NCBI GenBank assembly: GCA_035651095.1
Contig: DASRGI010000263.1
Span: 1,080-65,079 of the forward strand
Length of the DNA: 64,000 nucleotides
Direction: 5' to 3'
Source of the DNA: Acidimicrobiales bacterium
GTDB taxonomy: Bacteria; Actinomycetota; Acidimicrobiia; Acidimicrobiales; JAUTXP01
Within the stretch, counting starts at the first letter, position 1, and each line of letters starts with the position of its first letter. This document shows positions 9,069 through 18,586 of the stretch, one piece after another. The position numbers and the translations under genes were made by a program. The notes under the pieces were generated by a model. It saw only the letters and a program-made list of their open reading frames with translations. It ran no database searches and had not been told where the DNA came from.

Positions 9069-9530
9069 TCAGGTGATGGCGAGCAGCTTGGCCATGGGCG
9101 AGTCGGGCGGGTAGACGAGTTCCTTCTCCAGGTGCACGATCGTGCCGTCCTCGGGCTTGGACTCGAACTTCACCCGGTCGACCAGGGCCCGCATGAGTTC
9201 GATGCCCCGCCCGCTCTCGGCCGACGGATTGGCGTGGGCGTCCCCCCTTCCGAGCGCGTCGAACCCGCTGCCGGTGTCCACCACCCGGATGACGCAGATG
9301 CGGTCCTCGACGGACAGCCGGATCTCGTAGCTCTCGTCCCCGCCCGAGTGCTTGAGCACGTTGGCGCTCGCCTCGGTGAGCGCCACTTCGATGCCCAGCT
9401 TGCAGTCGTCTTCGACGCCCAGATCCTCCAACGCATGCCGGCAGATGTGCCGGGCGACGGGGATCGTCAGCTCGTCACGGGGCAAGCAGAGCGTGAGGTT
9501 GATCTGCACGGGGTTCGGTGTACCCACCAC
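9069..9530 (-). CDS. anti-sigma regulatory factor (RsbW/SpoIIAB-like Ser/Thr kinase)
   Basis: Last 153 aa of track ORF 9069..10538, from GTG 9530, 5 nt after the valS stop. Motifs EASANVLKH, VVDTGSGF, GRGIELMRALVD. Confidence 0.8.
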   Translation of the reverse strand: MVGTPNPVQINLTLCLPRDELTIPVARHICRHALEDLGVEDDCKLGIEVALTEASANVLKHSGGDESYEIRLSVEDRICVIRVVDTGSGFDALGRGDAHANPSAESGRGIELMRALVDRVKFESKPEDGTIVHLEKELVYPPDSPMAKLLAIT

Positions 9531-9535
9531 CCCGG

Positions 9536-12058
9536 TCAGGCAAGCGCGACGTTGACCTCCGGCTCGCCCTCTTCGAAGACCAGCTCGCTCACCGAACCCG
9601 CCTCCCGGAGGTCCGCCGCCGCCGCCCGCACCCGAGTCACTGCCTCCGGCGTGTCCCGCACGAGCAGGCGGGACACGGGCGCCCGCATGGACACCTGGGC
9701 CTCGGTCTTGGCCTTGCGGACCTGGCCGAGGACGGCGGCCACGGCCTCGAGAACGGCGGGGTCGCCGCCTTCGGCCTCGGCCGGTGGGGTGGGCCAGGGC
9801 GCCCGGTGCACCGATCCCTCCTGCCACCACGACCACACCTCTTCGGTGACGAAGGGCAGGAAGGGGGCGAACAGCCGTAGCAGGGTCGACAGGGCGATGC
9901 GCAGGGCAGCGACGGCCGACTGGCTGGCCGGCCCCCCGGCGTAGGCCCGGTTCTTGACCAGCTCCAGGTAGTCGTCGCAGAACGACCAGAAGAAGGCCTC
10001 GGCGCGCTCCAGCGCCCGGGTGTAGTCGTAGCCCTCGAAGGCGGTGGTGGCCTCGGTGACCACCTCGCCCAGCCGGGCCAGCATGGAGCGGTCGAGCGCC
10101 TCCGTCACCTGGCCGGCCTCGGTGGCGCCCAGCCCCAAGGCGAACTTGGAGGCGTTGAGGATCTTGATGGCCAGCCGCCGGCCGACCTTCATCTGCCCTT
10201 CGTCGAACGCGGTGTCCGTGCCGGCCCGGCCGTTGGCCGCCCAGTACCGCACCGAATCCGACCCGTACTGCTCCAGCAGGCCCAGGGGCGTGACCACGTT
10301 GCCCTTGGACTTCGACATCTTCTTGCGGTCGGGGTCGAGGATCCACCCGGACAGCGCGGCGTTGTACCAGGGCACGGACCGGAATTCGAAGTGCGATCGC
10401 ACCACGGTCGAGAACAGCCAGGTGCGAATGATGTCGTGGCCCTGGGGGCGCAGGTCCATGGGGAAGAGGCGCCCGAACAGGTCGGGGTCGTCCTCCCACT
10501 TGGCCGCGATCTGGGGGGACAGCGACGACGTCGCCCACGTGTCCATCACGTCGGGGTCGCCCGTGAACCCTCCCGGCTTGTCCCGCTGCGACTCGTCGTA
10601 GCCCTCGGGGGCGTCGCTCGACGGGTCGACGGGCAGGCGGGACTCGGGGGGGACGATGGGGTCGTCCCAGCCCACGGTGCCGTCGTCGGCGATCGGGTAC
10701 CAGAGAGGGAAGGGCACGCCGAAGAAGCGCTGGCGGGAGATGAGCCAGTCACCGTTCAGGCCCTCGACCCAGTTCTCGTACCGGCCCCGCATGTAGGGCG
10801 GGTGCCAGGCGATCTCCCGGCCCCGCTCGATGAGGGCCTGGCGCAGCTCGGGATCGCGGCCCCCGTTGCGGATGTACCACTGGCGGCTGGTGACGATCTC
10901 GAGGGGCCGGTCGCCCTTCTCGTAGAACTTGACCGGATGGGTGATGGGCTTGGGCTCGCCCACCAGATCGCCGCTCTCGGCCAGCAGCTCGACGATGCGC
11001 TTCTGGGCCTGCTTGACGGTCCTGCCCGCCAGCTCGGCCCACGCCTCGTTCTCGGGGACGCCGGCCGGCGGCGCCGGGATGATGCGGCCGTCGCGGCCGA
11101 CCACGCTGCGAACGGGCAGGTTCAGCTCCCGCCACCACGTGACGTCGGTGAGGTCGCCGAAGGTGCAGATCATGGCGATGCCCGACCCCTTCTCGGGATC
11201 GGCCAACTCGTGGGCCAGGATGGGGACCTCGACACCGAACAGCGGTGTGTGGACGGTGCTGCCGAACCGGGCCTTGAAGCGCTCGTCGTCGGGATGGGCG
11301 ACCAGGGCGACGCATGCGGGGATCAGCTCGGGCCGGGTGGTCTCGATCTCGATGGCCGTTGTACCTGGCGGCGAGCCTTCGGCCGCCGGGAAGCGGAGGC
11401 GGTGGTAGGCGCCGGCCAGCTCCCGGTCCTCCAGCTCGGCCTGGGCCACGGCCGTGCGGTAGTCGACGTCCCACAGGGTGGGCGCCTCGGCCGAGTACGC
11501 CTCGCCCCGGGCCAGGTTGCGCAGGAAGGCCCGCTGGGCCGCCCGCCGGGACGCGTCGTTGATGGTCGTGTAGGTCTGCGTCCAGTCCACCGACAGGCCC
11601 AGCCGCTTGAACAGGTCCTCGAAGGCCTGCTCGTCCTCGGCCGTGAGCCGCAGGCACAGCTCGACGAAGTTCCGCCTGCTGACGGGGATCTGCTCCTTGC
11701 CCGGCTTGTCCGGGGGCTGGAAGTTCGGGTCGTAGGGCAGCGAGGGGTCGCAGCGGACGCCGAAGTAGTTCTGCACCCGGCGCTCAGTGGGCAGCCCGTT
11801 GTCGTCCCACCCCATGGGGTAGAAGACCTCGCGTCCCGACATGCGCTGGTACCGGGCCACGATGTCGGTGTGGGTGTACGAGAACACGTGGCCCACGTGA
11901 AGCGACCCGCTGACCGTGGGGGGCGGCGTGTCGATGGCGTAGATCCGGTCTCGCGGCGTGGCCCGGTCGAACCGGAAGGTCCCGGCCGACTCCCATCGCT
12001 CGATCCAGGTGGGTTCGAGTCCGTCCAGCGACGGCTTGTCGGGGACCTGCGCAGTCAT
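9536..12058 (-). CDS. valS: valine--tRNA ligase
   Basis: Track ORF 9536..12103; start placed at ATG 12058 ([10 protein letters not shown]). Motifs [12 protein letters not shown] (HIGH) and KMSKSKGNV (KMSKS). Confidence 0.95.
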   Translation of the reverse strand: MTAQVPDKPSLDGLEPTWIERWESAGTFRFDRATPRDRIYAIDTPPPTVSGSLHVGHVFSYTHTDIVARYQRMSGREVFYPMGWDDNGLPTERRVQNYFGVRCDPSLPYDPNFQPPDKPGKEQIPVSRRNFVELCLRLTAEDEQAFEDLFKRLGLSVDWTQTYTTINDASRRAAQRAFLRNLARGEAYSAEAPTLWDVDYRTAVAQAELEDRELAGAYHRLRFPAAEGSPPGTTAIEIETTRPELIPACVALVAHPDDERFKARFGSTVHTPLFGVEVPILAHELADPEKGSGIAMICTFGDLTDVTWWRELNLPVRSVVGRDGRIIPAPPAGVPENEAWAELAGRTVKQAQKRIVELLAESGDLVGEPKPITHPVKFYEKGDRPLEIVTSRQWYIRNGGRDPELRQALIERGREIAWHPPYMRGRYENWVEGLNGDWLISRQRFFGVPFPLWYPIADDGTVGWDDPIVPPESRLPVDPSSDAPEGYDESQRDKPGGFTGDPDVMDTWATSSLSPQIAAKWEDDPDLFGRLFPMDLRPQGHDIIRTWLFSTVVRSHFEFRSVPWYNAALSGWILDPDRKKMSKSKGNVVTPLGLLEQYGSDSVRYWAANGRAGTDTAFDEGQMKVGRRLAIKILNASKFALGLGATEAGQVTEALDRSMLARLGEVVTEATTAFEGYDYTRALERAEAFFWSFCDDYLELVKNRAYAGGPASQSAVAALRIALSTLLRLFAPFLPFVTEEVWSWWQEGSVHRAPWPTPPAEAEGGDPAVLEAVAAVLGQVRKAKTEAQVSMRAPVSRLLVRDTPEAVTRVRAAAADLREAGSVSELVFEEGEPEVNVALA

Positions 12059-12078
12059 GGTCGGATTACCGTACCTGC

Positions 12079-13401
12079 GTGCTGCACCTCCACGACACTG
12101 CAATGGGCCGCCAGGTCGAGCTCACGCCCCGGGACCCCGGGCGGTTGTCGCTGTACGTGTGCGGCCCCACCGTCTACGACGTGCCCCACATCGGCCACGG
12201 CCGCAGCTACCTCGTGTACGACGTGCTCGTCCGCTACCTGGAGTGGACGGGGATCGAGGTCGACCACGTCCGCAACATCACCGACATCGACGACAAGATC
12301 ATTCAGCGGGCGGCCGAGACAGGCCGGTCGGCCGACGACGTGGCCCGGGAGTTCGAGCAGTCGTTCTACGACGCGTGCGACGCCTTGGGCATCAAGCGGC
12401 CCACCCACGATCCCCACGCCACCGCCTACGTCGACCGGATGCTCGACCTCATCGCCGAGCTGGCCGCCAAGGACCTGGCCTACGAGGCGCCCGACGGCGT
12501 GTACCTCGACACCGAGCGGGTGCCCGGGTACGGCCTCCTGGCCCAGCAACCGCTGGAGGACCTGCGGGCCGGGGCCCGCGTCGAGGCGGTCGAGGACAAG
12601 CGCTCGCCGCTCGACTTCGTGTTGTGGAAGCGGGCCAAGCCGGGCGAGCCGGCATGGGCTTCGCCGTGGGGTGAGGGCCGCCCGGGCTGGCACACCGAGT
12701 GCGTGGTCATGTCGCTCGACCTCTTGGGCGACGGCTTCGACCTGCACGCCGGCGGGCTGGACCTGAAGTTCCCCCACCACGAGAACGAGCGGGCCCAGGC
12801 CGTCGCTCTGGGGCATTCGTTCGCCCGGCACTGGATGCACCACGCCTTCGTGGAGGTGGGGGGCGTCAAGATGTCCAAGTCACTGCGGAACTTCACCTCG
12901 CTGGTGGACCTGCTCGCCCGACACGACGCCCGCGCCTACCGGCTACTGGTCCTGCGCTCCCACTACCGGTCGCCCATGGAGGTCACCCCCGGCACCATCG
13001 AGGACGCCGAGAAGGGGTTGGAGCGCCTCGACGAGTTCGCCCGCCGCTTCGGCCCCGATGGCCAACCGGACAGCGCCGCCGTGGCCCGCTTCCGGGAGCT
13101 GATGGACGACGATCTGAACACGCCCGGCGTGGTGGCCATGCTGTTCGATCTCGTGCGCCGGGCCAACGCCGACGACGACCAGGCTGCGGCTGCGTCCGTG
13201 TACGAGATCGCTGGCGCCCTGGGCCTGGCCCTGGGCGGTGCCGACGACGCCGTGGACGAGGAGACGGCCGCCCTGGTGGCCGCCCGCGACCGGGCGCGGG
13301 CGGAGCGGAACTTCGCCCAGGCGGACGCCATCAGGGACCAGCTCGTGGCCCTCGGTTGGGTGGTGAAGGACACCCCCGACGGGACGCAGGTGCACCGCTG
13401 A
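12079..13401 (+). CDS. cysS: cysteine--tRNA ligase
   Basis: 440 aa from GTG 12079. The N-terminus aligns residue for residue in length with E. coli CysRS up to [15 protein letters not shown]. Also has KMSKS and WHTEC. The C-terminal anticodon-binding region favours CysRS over MshC. Confidence 0.88.
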   Translation: MLHLHDTAMGRQVELTPRDPGRLSLYVCGPTVYDVPHIGHGRSYLVYDVLVRYLEWTGIEVDHVRNITDIDDKIIQRAAETGRSADDVAREFEQSFYDACDALGIKRPTHDPHATAYVDRMLDLIAELAAKDLAYEAPDGVYLDTERVPGYGLLAQQPLEDLRAGARVEAVEDKRSPLDFVLWKRAKPGEPAWASPWGEGRPGWHTECVVMSLDLLGDGFDLHAGGLDLKFPHHENERAQAVALGHSFARHWMHHAFVEVGGVKMSKSLRNFTSLVDLLARHDARAYRLLVLRSHYRSPMEVTPGTIEDAEKGLERLDEFARRFGPDGQPDSAAVARFRELMDDDLNTPGVVAMLFDLVRRANADDDQAAAASVYEIAGALGLALGGADDAVDEETAALVAARDRARAERNFAQADAIRDQLVALGWVVKDTPDGTQVHR

Positions 13402-13528
13402 ACCAATCATTTCCGTCGGCGAAAAAGCCTGTTACCGTTCCCCGCTGAGGGAAAGGCTGTTCGCACGACGTAGTCGCAAAGAAGGCACCCCCTCGTCACT
13501 GAAGCTTGCACGAAGGGGGGTTGCCACA

Positions 13529-13729
13529 GTGGCGACCGGAACGGTCAAGTGGTTCAACGCCGAGAAGGGCTACGGGTTCATCTCGCAGTCGGACGGCGCG
13601 GATGTCTTCGTCCACTTCAGCGCCATCCAGATGAACGGTTACAAGGTTCTGGAGGAGGGCCAGCAGGTGGAGTTCGAGGTGCAGGAGGGCCCCAAGGGCC
13701 TCCAGGCGGCCAGCGTTCGACCCGTCTAA
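13529..13729 (+). CDS. cspA: cold-shock protein (CspA family)
   Basis: 66 aa: [15 protein letters not shown] (RNP1) and DVFVHFS (RNP2). The SD aagggggg lies 8 nt upstream of the GTG. Confidence 0.95.
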   Translation: MATGTVKWFNAEKGYGFISQSDGADVFVHFSAIQMNGYKVLEEGQQVEFEVQEGPKGLQAASVRPV

Positions 13730-13746
13730 AAGGTCACAGAAACAAA

Positions 13747-13772
13747 AGCGCCCGGCCTGATGGCCGGGCGCT
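13747..13772. terminator. bidirectional intrinsic terminator between convergent csp and sigma genes
   Basis: agcgcccggcc-tgat-ggccgggcgct is an 11-bp perfect stem. The minus sense is followed by TTTTGTTTCTG, the plus sense by TTTCG. Confidence 0.7.
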
Positions 13773-13832
13773 TTCGCGTCTGCCGGGCTCGGTGGGCACC
13801 CCCCAGCGCCGCCGAGCCGCACGACAGAACGG

Positions 13833-15251
13833 TTACGACGGGGGCAGCCCCACCTGTTGCTCGGGGACCTGCGTGCCGCCGGTGCTGATCTCGACGGTGT
13901 GCCCGCCACTCGGCGGGGCTGGCGCGCACCCGGCCGACTGGCCACCCACCGAGCCGCCCGTGCAGGAGCCCGTGCCCTGGCCGGCGGCCAGCGAACCGGT
14001 GAGGGCGGCGGTGCTGATGCTGGCGTGGATCTGGGCCGCGGGCCTGGGTCGGGGTTGCGGGTCGGCGGGCGTGGTCGTCGAGGTGGTCGAGGGCGGGGTG
14101 ACGGTGATGTCCACCGACCCGTCGTCGATGGGCACCAGCACGGGGCCGTCGATCGGAGCCACCGCCACCGTGGTGCCGGGGCTGCCTGCGAACGCGGGGC
14201 TGGCGGCGGGTTCGGCGGTGACACTGGCGGTGACCACGAAGGGCACGCTCGGGGTGTCGCCCGCGAACGAGGCCCCCGTGCGGGCGGGCGCAGCCGCCGG
14301 TGCCGGTCGCGGTGCCGGCGCGGCGACGAGGTCCGGACGCCCGACCCGGTGGCGGTCCACCGTGCCCAGGCTGGCCACGCCCAGGGTGAACAGAGCGGCC
14401 GTGGCCATGGCCAGGGGCCGCTCGGCTTGGGCCAGCCAGGCCGCCGCCTTGCGGGCCCGGCCCAGCTTCCACCGGTGCTTGGCCAGCGCGGCCACGGTCA
14501 GAGGCAGGGGAACGGCCGCGTGGCGCAGCCGCCCGCCCACGTCCTCGAGTTCGGCCTGGCGTTCCCGGCACTCGGCGCAGGCCGCCAGGTGCTGGTCTGC
14601 CTTGGCCAGATCCCGGGGCGACAGGGCCCCGGCCACGTACGCCCCCAGCCGGGCCACCGTGTCCCGGCACTCGGGTTGCACCTCGGTCCGGCGCACCTGG
14701 GCCTGGAGGTAGCGCTCCCGCAGGCCGTTGCGGGCCCGCACGGCCAGCTGGGACACGCCGTTGGGCGAGAGGCCCAGCAGGGGAGCGGCCTCCCGGGCCG
14801 GGAGCTGCTCCACTTCGGTCAGCCAGAGGACCGACCGCCAGCGCTCGGGCAGGCCCCGGAAGGCGGCGGCCACCAGGGCCCGGTCGGCGGCATCGACCAC
14901 CCGCTCGCTGGCCGACACGCCGAGCGATGGTCGCTCGGACACGTGGGACACGTCGGCCGGTCGCTGCCGTCCCGCCTTGCGAGCGGTGTCGATGGCCGCG
15001 TGGCGGGTGGTGGTCAGGAGGTAGGAGCGGAAGCTGCCGGCGTCCTGGAGCCGGCCGGCGGGGAGGGCCTGGAGGACGCGGGTGAAGGCGTCGGCCACGG
15101 CGTCGGCCGCATCCTCGGCGTTGCCGGTGACGGCATGGGCCAGCCGCCAGGCCGCCGGCGCGTGGCGCCGGTACAGCTCCCCGAAGGCATGGCCGTCACC
15201 GCCCGCCGCCCGCTGTGCCAGCTCGGCGTCGGTCGCCTCGCTCGTTTGCAT
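13833..15251 (-). CDS. ECF sigma factor fused to zf-HC2 anti-sigma domain, TM helix and Pro/Thr-rich extracytoplasmic region (copy 1)
   Basis: 472 aa from ATG 15251 in track ORF 13833..15356. Sigma-2 (FGELYRRHAPAAWRLAHAVTGN), sigma-4 (LPERWRSVLWLTEVEQLPAREAA), ZAS motif HLAACAEC, TM segment LAMATAALFTLGVASLG. Confidence 0.8.
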   Translation of the reverse strand: MQTSEATDAELAQRAAGGDGHAFGELYRRHAPAAWRLAHAVTGNAEDAADAVADAFTRVLQALPAGRLQDAGSFRSYLLTTTRHAAIDTARKAGRQRPADVSHVSERPSLGVSASERVVDAADRALVAAAFRGLPERWRSVLWLTEVEQLPAREAAPLLGLSPNGVSQLAVRARNGLRERYLQAQVRRTEVQPECRDTVARLGAYVAGALSPRDLAKADQHLAACAECRERQAELEDVGGRLRHAAVPLPLTVAALAKHRWKLGRARKAAAWLAQAERPLAMATAALFTLGVASLGTVDRHRVGRPDLVAAPAPRPAPAAAPARTGASFAGDTPSVPFVVTASVTAEPAASPAFAGSPGTTVAVAPIDGPVLVPIDDGSVDITVTPPSTTSTTTPADPQPRPRPAAQIHASISTAALTGSLAAGQGTGSCTGGSVGGQSAGCAPAPPSGGHTVEISTGGTQVPEQQVGLPPS

Positions 15252-15292
15252 GGTGTGGTGAGGTTCGCCGGGAGACCGGCCCAGACCTGCTG

Positions 15293-16804
15293 TTAGGCGA
15301 CGCGGGCGGCGCTGAGCACGAACAGCAGCTGGCAGGAGGGCGAGTCGGCCGTGCACGAGCTGCCGTTGAGGGTGGTGGCGTCGAGGGCGGCCATGAGTGC
15401 ACCGAGACCGGAGGAGAGCTGCAGCTCGCTGGGAAGTCCGGGCAGGCCGGGGAGGCCGGGCACGGTGGGGATGGTGACCCCCGGCGGGATGGTGACCCCC
15501 GGCGGGATGGTGACCGGAGGAACGGTCACGGGGGGCACGGTGACCGGCGGCACCGTGACGGGCACCGTGGTCGTGGTGGTCGGTGCCGGGGTGGTGGTCG
15601 TGGTGGTGTGGCTGGCCAGGGGAGCGGTGGTGGTCGTGGTGGTCGTGGCCGGCGGCTGGGACGCGCTGGGCTGCGAACCGGTGATCACGGTGCCGCTGGG
15701 CGGCGTCACCTTCCGGCCCGGTGTGGGGTCGGCCGCCGGCGCGGGAGCCCCGGTGCGGCTGGTGGTGGCGCCGTCGACCTGGGCGCCCGCCGGCGTGGCG
15801 GTGGCCGCCGCGGCCGTGGGAACCGCGGCGGGGCGGGCCGGGCGCTGGACGGCGGAGCGGGGGCTGGCGGGGGCGTGCTGCTGGGGCGCCATCAGGGCCG
15901 CCCCGGTCACACCCACCACCAGCACGCCGGCGGCGGCCGCGCCCACGGGGGCGGCCAGGCGGTCGGCCCCGTTGTGCAGGAGCGAGGACACGCGCACGGC
16001 CAGCTTCCCCACCAGGCCGGTGATGCCGGCGCCCGCGCCCACGGGCAGGAGGGCATGGCGCAAGGTGGTGCCCAGGTCCCGCAGCTCGGCTTCCCGGGTG
16101 CGGCAGCCGGCGCAGCCGGCCAGGTGCTGGTCGACTCGAGCCACGTCCCGGGGCGAGAGGGCGGCGCCCACGTAGGCGGCCAGGCGGTCGGCGGTGGCCC
16201 GGCAGTCGTCGGGCACCTGGCCGATGTGGGCCTGGAGGAAGCGCTCCCGCAGGCCGGCTCGGGCTCGCACGGCCAGCTGGGCGGCACCGTTGGGCGACAA
16301 GCCCAGAAGCCGGGCCGCTTCCCGGGCCGGGATCTGCTCGACCTCGGTGAGCCAGAGGACCGAGCGCCAGCGCTCGGGCAGGGCCCGGAAGGCCGCCGCC
16401 ACCAGCATGGAGTCGACCCCCTCGATCAGATGCTCGGAGGGGCCCAGGGCCGTCTGGGCAGGCTCGGGCCCGGCGCTCGAGGGCAGGGTGCGGCCGGACC
16501 GGCGGACCAGGTCGACGGCCGCGTTGCGGGTGGCGGTCAGGAGGTAGGGCCGGATGCGGGTGTGCTCGTCCAGCTTCCCGGCCGGGAGGGCCTGGAAGAC
16601 ACGGGTGAAGGCTTCGCTGACCGCATCGGACGCGTCGTGGGCGTTGCCCGTGACCCGCTGGGCGACCCGGAAGGCGGCCTGGGCGTGGCGCCGGTACAGC
16701 TCTTCGAAGGCCTCCACGTCGCCACTGGCGGCGCGCCGAGCCAGCTCACCGTCGCTCTGGTGCTCGGGCAGGTCGTTCGAAATGTCCGTATGGGTGCGTG
16801 CCAT
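15293..16804 (-). CDS. ECF sigma factor fused to zf-HC2 anti-sigma domain, TM helix and Pro/Thr-rich region (copy 2, paralog)
   Basis: 503 aa from ATG 16804 in track ORF 15293..17911. Same domain order as copy 1 (FEELYRRHAQAAFRVAQRVTGN; LPERWRSVLWLTEVEQIPAREAA; HLAGCAGC; TM AAAAGVLVVGVTGAALMA). Confidence 0.8.
   Translation of the reverse strand: MARTHTDISNDLPEHQSDGELARRAASGDVEAFEELYRRHAQAAFRVAQRVTGNAHDASDAVSEAFTRVFQALPAGKLDEHTRIRPYLLTATRNAAVDLVRRSGRTLPSSAGPEPAQTALGPSEHLIEGVDSMLVAAAFRALPERWRSVLWLTEVEQIPAREAARLLGLSPNGAAQLAVRARAGLRERFLQAHIGQVPDDCRATADRLAAYVGAALSPRDVARVDQHLAGCAGCRTREAELRDLGTTLRHALLPVGAGAGITGLVGKLAVRVSSLLHNGADRLAAPVGAAAAGVLVVGVTGAALMAPQQHAPASPRSAVQRPARPAAVPTAAAATATPAGAQVDGATTSRTGAPAPAADPTPGRKVTPPSGTVITGSQPSASQPPATTTTTTTAPLASHTTTTTTPAPTTTTTVPVTVPPVTVPPVTVPPVTIPPGVTIPPGVTIPTVPGLPGLPGLPSELQLSSGLGALMAALDATTLNGSSCTADSPSCQLLFVLSAARVA
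15437..15570. repeat. in-frame tandem repeats (18- and 15-nt units) encoding GLP/GVTIPP/VTVPP repeats
   Basis: gatggtgacccccggcgg is repeated, followed by acggtcac/acggtgac units. Protein reads VTVPPVTVPPVTVPPVTIPPGVTIPPGVTIPTVPGLPGLPGLP. Confidence 0.8.
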
Positions 16805-16940
16805 GTGACTGTCCTGGGTGCCCTTCCCGCCGATGCAGTTCGGCCACGTTCCTACCAAGTGTGCCTCTTGTGCCCACCGCGATACCAACACACTCAGTGG
16901 TTGATTTGACGCGAGGCGGCCAACGTCCTCTGCTGAACCG

Positions 16941-18113
16941 GTGCGTCGCCAACGATCTTCGTCGCTCCCCGCCGGGTTTGGGGCGATTTGGTCGTGTGTG
17001 GCCCTCGACCTGGTGGGGTTCGGCATCGTCCTCCCCATCCTCCCGCTGTACGCCAAGCGTTTCGGCGCCTCGCCCTTCACCGCCACCGCGCTGGTGGCCG
17101 TGTTCTCGGCCGCCCAGCTGCTGTTCTCGCCCATCTGGGGGCGGGTGTCCGACCGGGTGGGACGCAAGCCCGTGCTCATCCTTTCCCTGGCGGGGACGGC
17201 GGTCGGCAGCCTGATCACCGGGCTGGCCGGGTCGCTGTGGATCCTGTTCCTGGGTCGCATCATCGATGGCATCTCGGGGGCGAGCGTCTCCGTGGCCCAG
17301 GCCTCGGTGGCCGACGTCGCCCCGCCCGACCAGCGGGCCCGCCTGCTCGGGCTCCTGGGCGCCGCCTTCGGCCTGGGTTTCGTGGCCGGTCCCGCGCTGG
17401 GGGCGCTCGCCGCCCTGGGTGGTCCCCGGCTGCCGTTCGTCCTGGCCGCGGTGATCGCGGGGGTCAACGCCGTGGCCGCCCTCCGGCGCCTGCCCGAGAC
17501 CCACCCGTCGCCCGGCCCGTCCCGGCCCGCTCTCGACCCCGTGCCCTGGCGCCGGGCCGGCGTGAGCACGCTCTTGGCCGTGGCCTTCGTCCAGCTGTCG
17601 GCCTTCAGCGCCTTCGAGGGGACGTTCGCGCTGTTCGGGGAGCGCCGGCTGGGGCTGCGGCTGGCGTCCACCGGCGGGGTGTTCGCGGCCATCGGCATCG
17701 CCCTGGTGGTCGTGCAGGTGCGGGTGCTGCCCGCCGTGATCAAGCGGTTGGGCGAGGCGGGGACGCTGCGGCTGGGCCTGCTCCTGAACGCGGGTGGGCT
17801 GTTCGTGCTGGCCACGGTCCACTCGTTCTGGATGCTGGTGCCCGCGCTGCTGGCGCTCGTGCTGGGGCAGGGGCTGGTGTCGCCCACGCTGTCGTCCATC
17901 CTGGCCGGCAAGGTGGCGGCCCACCGGCGGGGCGGCGTGCTCGGGGTGCAGCAGGCGGTGGGCGGCCTGGCCCGGGTGGTCGGACCGCTGGCCGGCGGGT
18001 TCGCGTTCCAGCAGTTGGGCGTACCCGTGCCCTACGTGGCGGGCGCCGCCCTGATGGTCCTGGCAACCTTGCTGGCCATGCAGCCGTCCATCGCGTCACC
18101 CGCGGTCGCGTGA
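16941..18113 (+). CDS. MFS transporter
   Basis: 390 aa with about 12 hydrophobic segments. MFS motif A GRVSDRVGRKPVL. Confidence 0.85.
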   Translation: MRRQRSSSLPAGFGAIWSCVALDLVGFGIVLPILPLYAKRFGASPFTATALVAVFSAAQLLFSPIWGRVSDRVGRKPVLILSLAGTAVGSLITGLAGSLWILFLGRIIDGISGASVSVAQASVADVAPPDQRARLLGLLGAAFGLGFVAGPALGALAALGGPRLPFVLAAVIAGVNAVAALRRLPETHPSPGPSRPALDPVPWRRAGVSTLLAVAFVQLSAFSAFEGTFALFGERRLGLRLASTGGVFAAIGIALVVVQVRVLPAVIKRLGEAGTLRLGLLLNAGGLFVLATVHSFWMLVPALLALVLGQGLVSPTLSSILAGKVAAHRRGGVLGVQQAVGGLARVVGPLAGGFAFQQLGVPVPYVAGAALMVLATLLAMQPSIASPAVA

Positions 18114-18586
18114 GCGGCGCCCCGTTGGACTGGGCGTGGGCGGCCGCCCGCCTGCGGGACGCCCGGGCGCACTGGGTCGCCACCACCGGACCCGACGGCC
18201 GCCCCCACGCCATGCCCGTGTGGGCGCTCCTGATCGACGACACCGTGCTGTTCAGCACGTCGCCCTCGTCGGTCAAGGGGCGGGGGCTGTCGGCCGTGCC
18301 GTATGCCGTGGTGCACGTGGGCGACGGCGACGTGGCGGCCGTGGTGGTGGAGGGGCCGGTCGAGCGGTTGGAGCCGGCGGGGGAGCTGTGGGACCGGTTC
18401 GTCGATGCCTACCAGGAGAAGTACGCCTTCGACCTCCGGGGCGCGGACCCCTCGACGTTCGCGTTCTACCGGGTGCGACCGGCGAAGGCCTTCGCCTTCC
18501 GGGAGGCCGACTTCTCCGAGTCCCGGGCCCGCTTCGAGTTCGATGCGGACGGGCGGCCCGTGCCCGTCAGCTGGATCGGGGACTGA
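18110..18586 (+). CDS. pyridoxamine 5'-phosphate oxidase family (FMN-binding split barrel) protein
   Basis: Last 158 aa of track ORF 16988..18586. GTG 18110 overlaps the MFS TGA (GTGA). Sequence HWVATTGPDGRPHAMPVWALLIDDTVLFST. Confidence 0.7.
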   Translation: MSGAPLDWAWAAARLRDARAHWVATTGPDGRPHAMPVWALLIDDTVLFSTSPSSVKGRGLSAVPYAVVHVGDGDVAAVVVEGPVERLEPAGELWDRFVDAYQEKYAFDLRGADPSTFAFYRVRPAKAFAFREADFSESRARFEFDADGRPVPVSWIGD

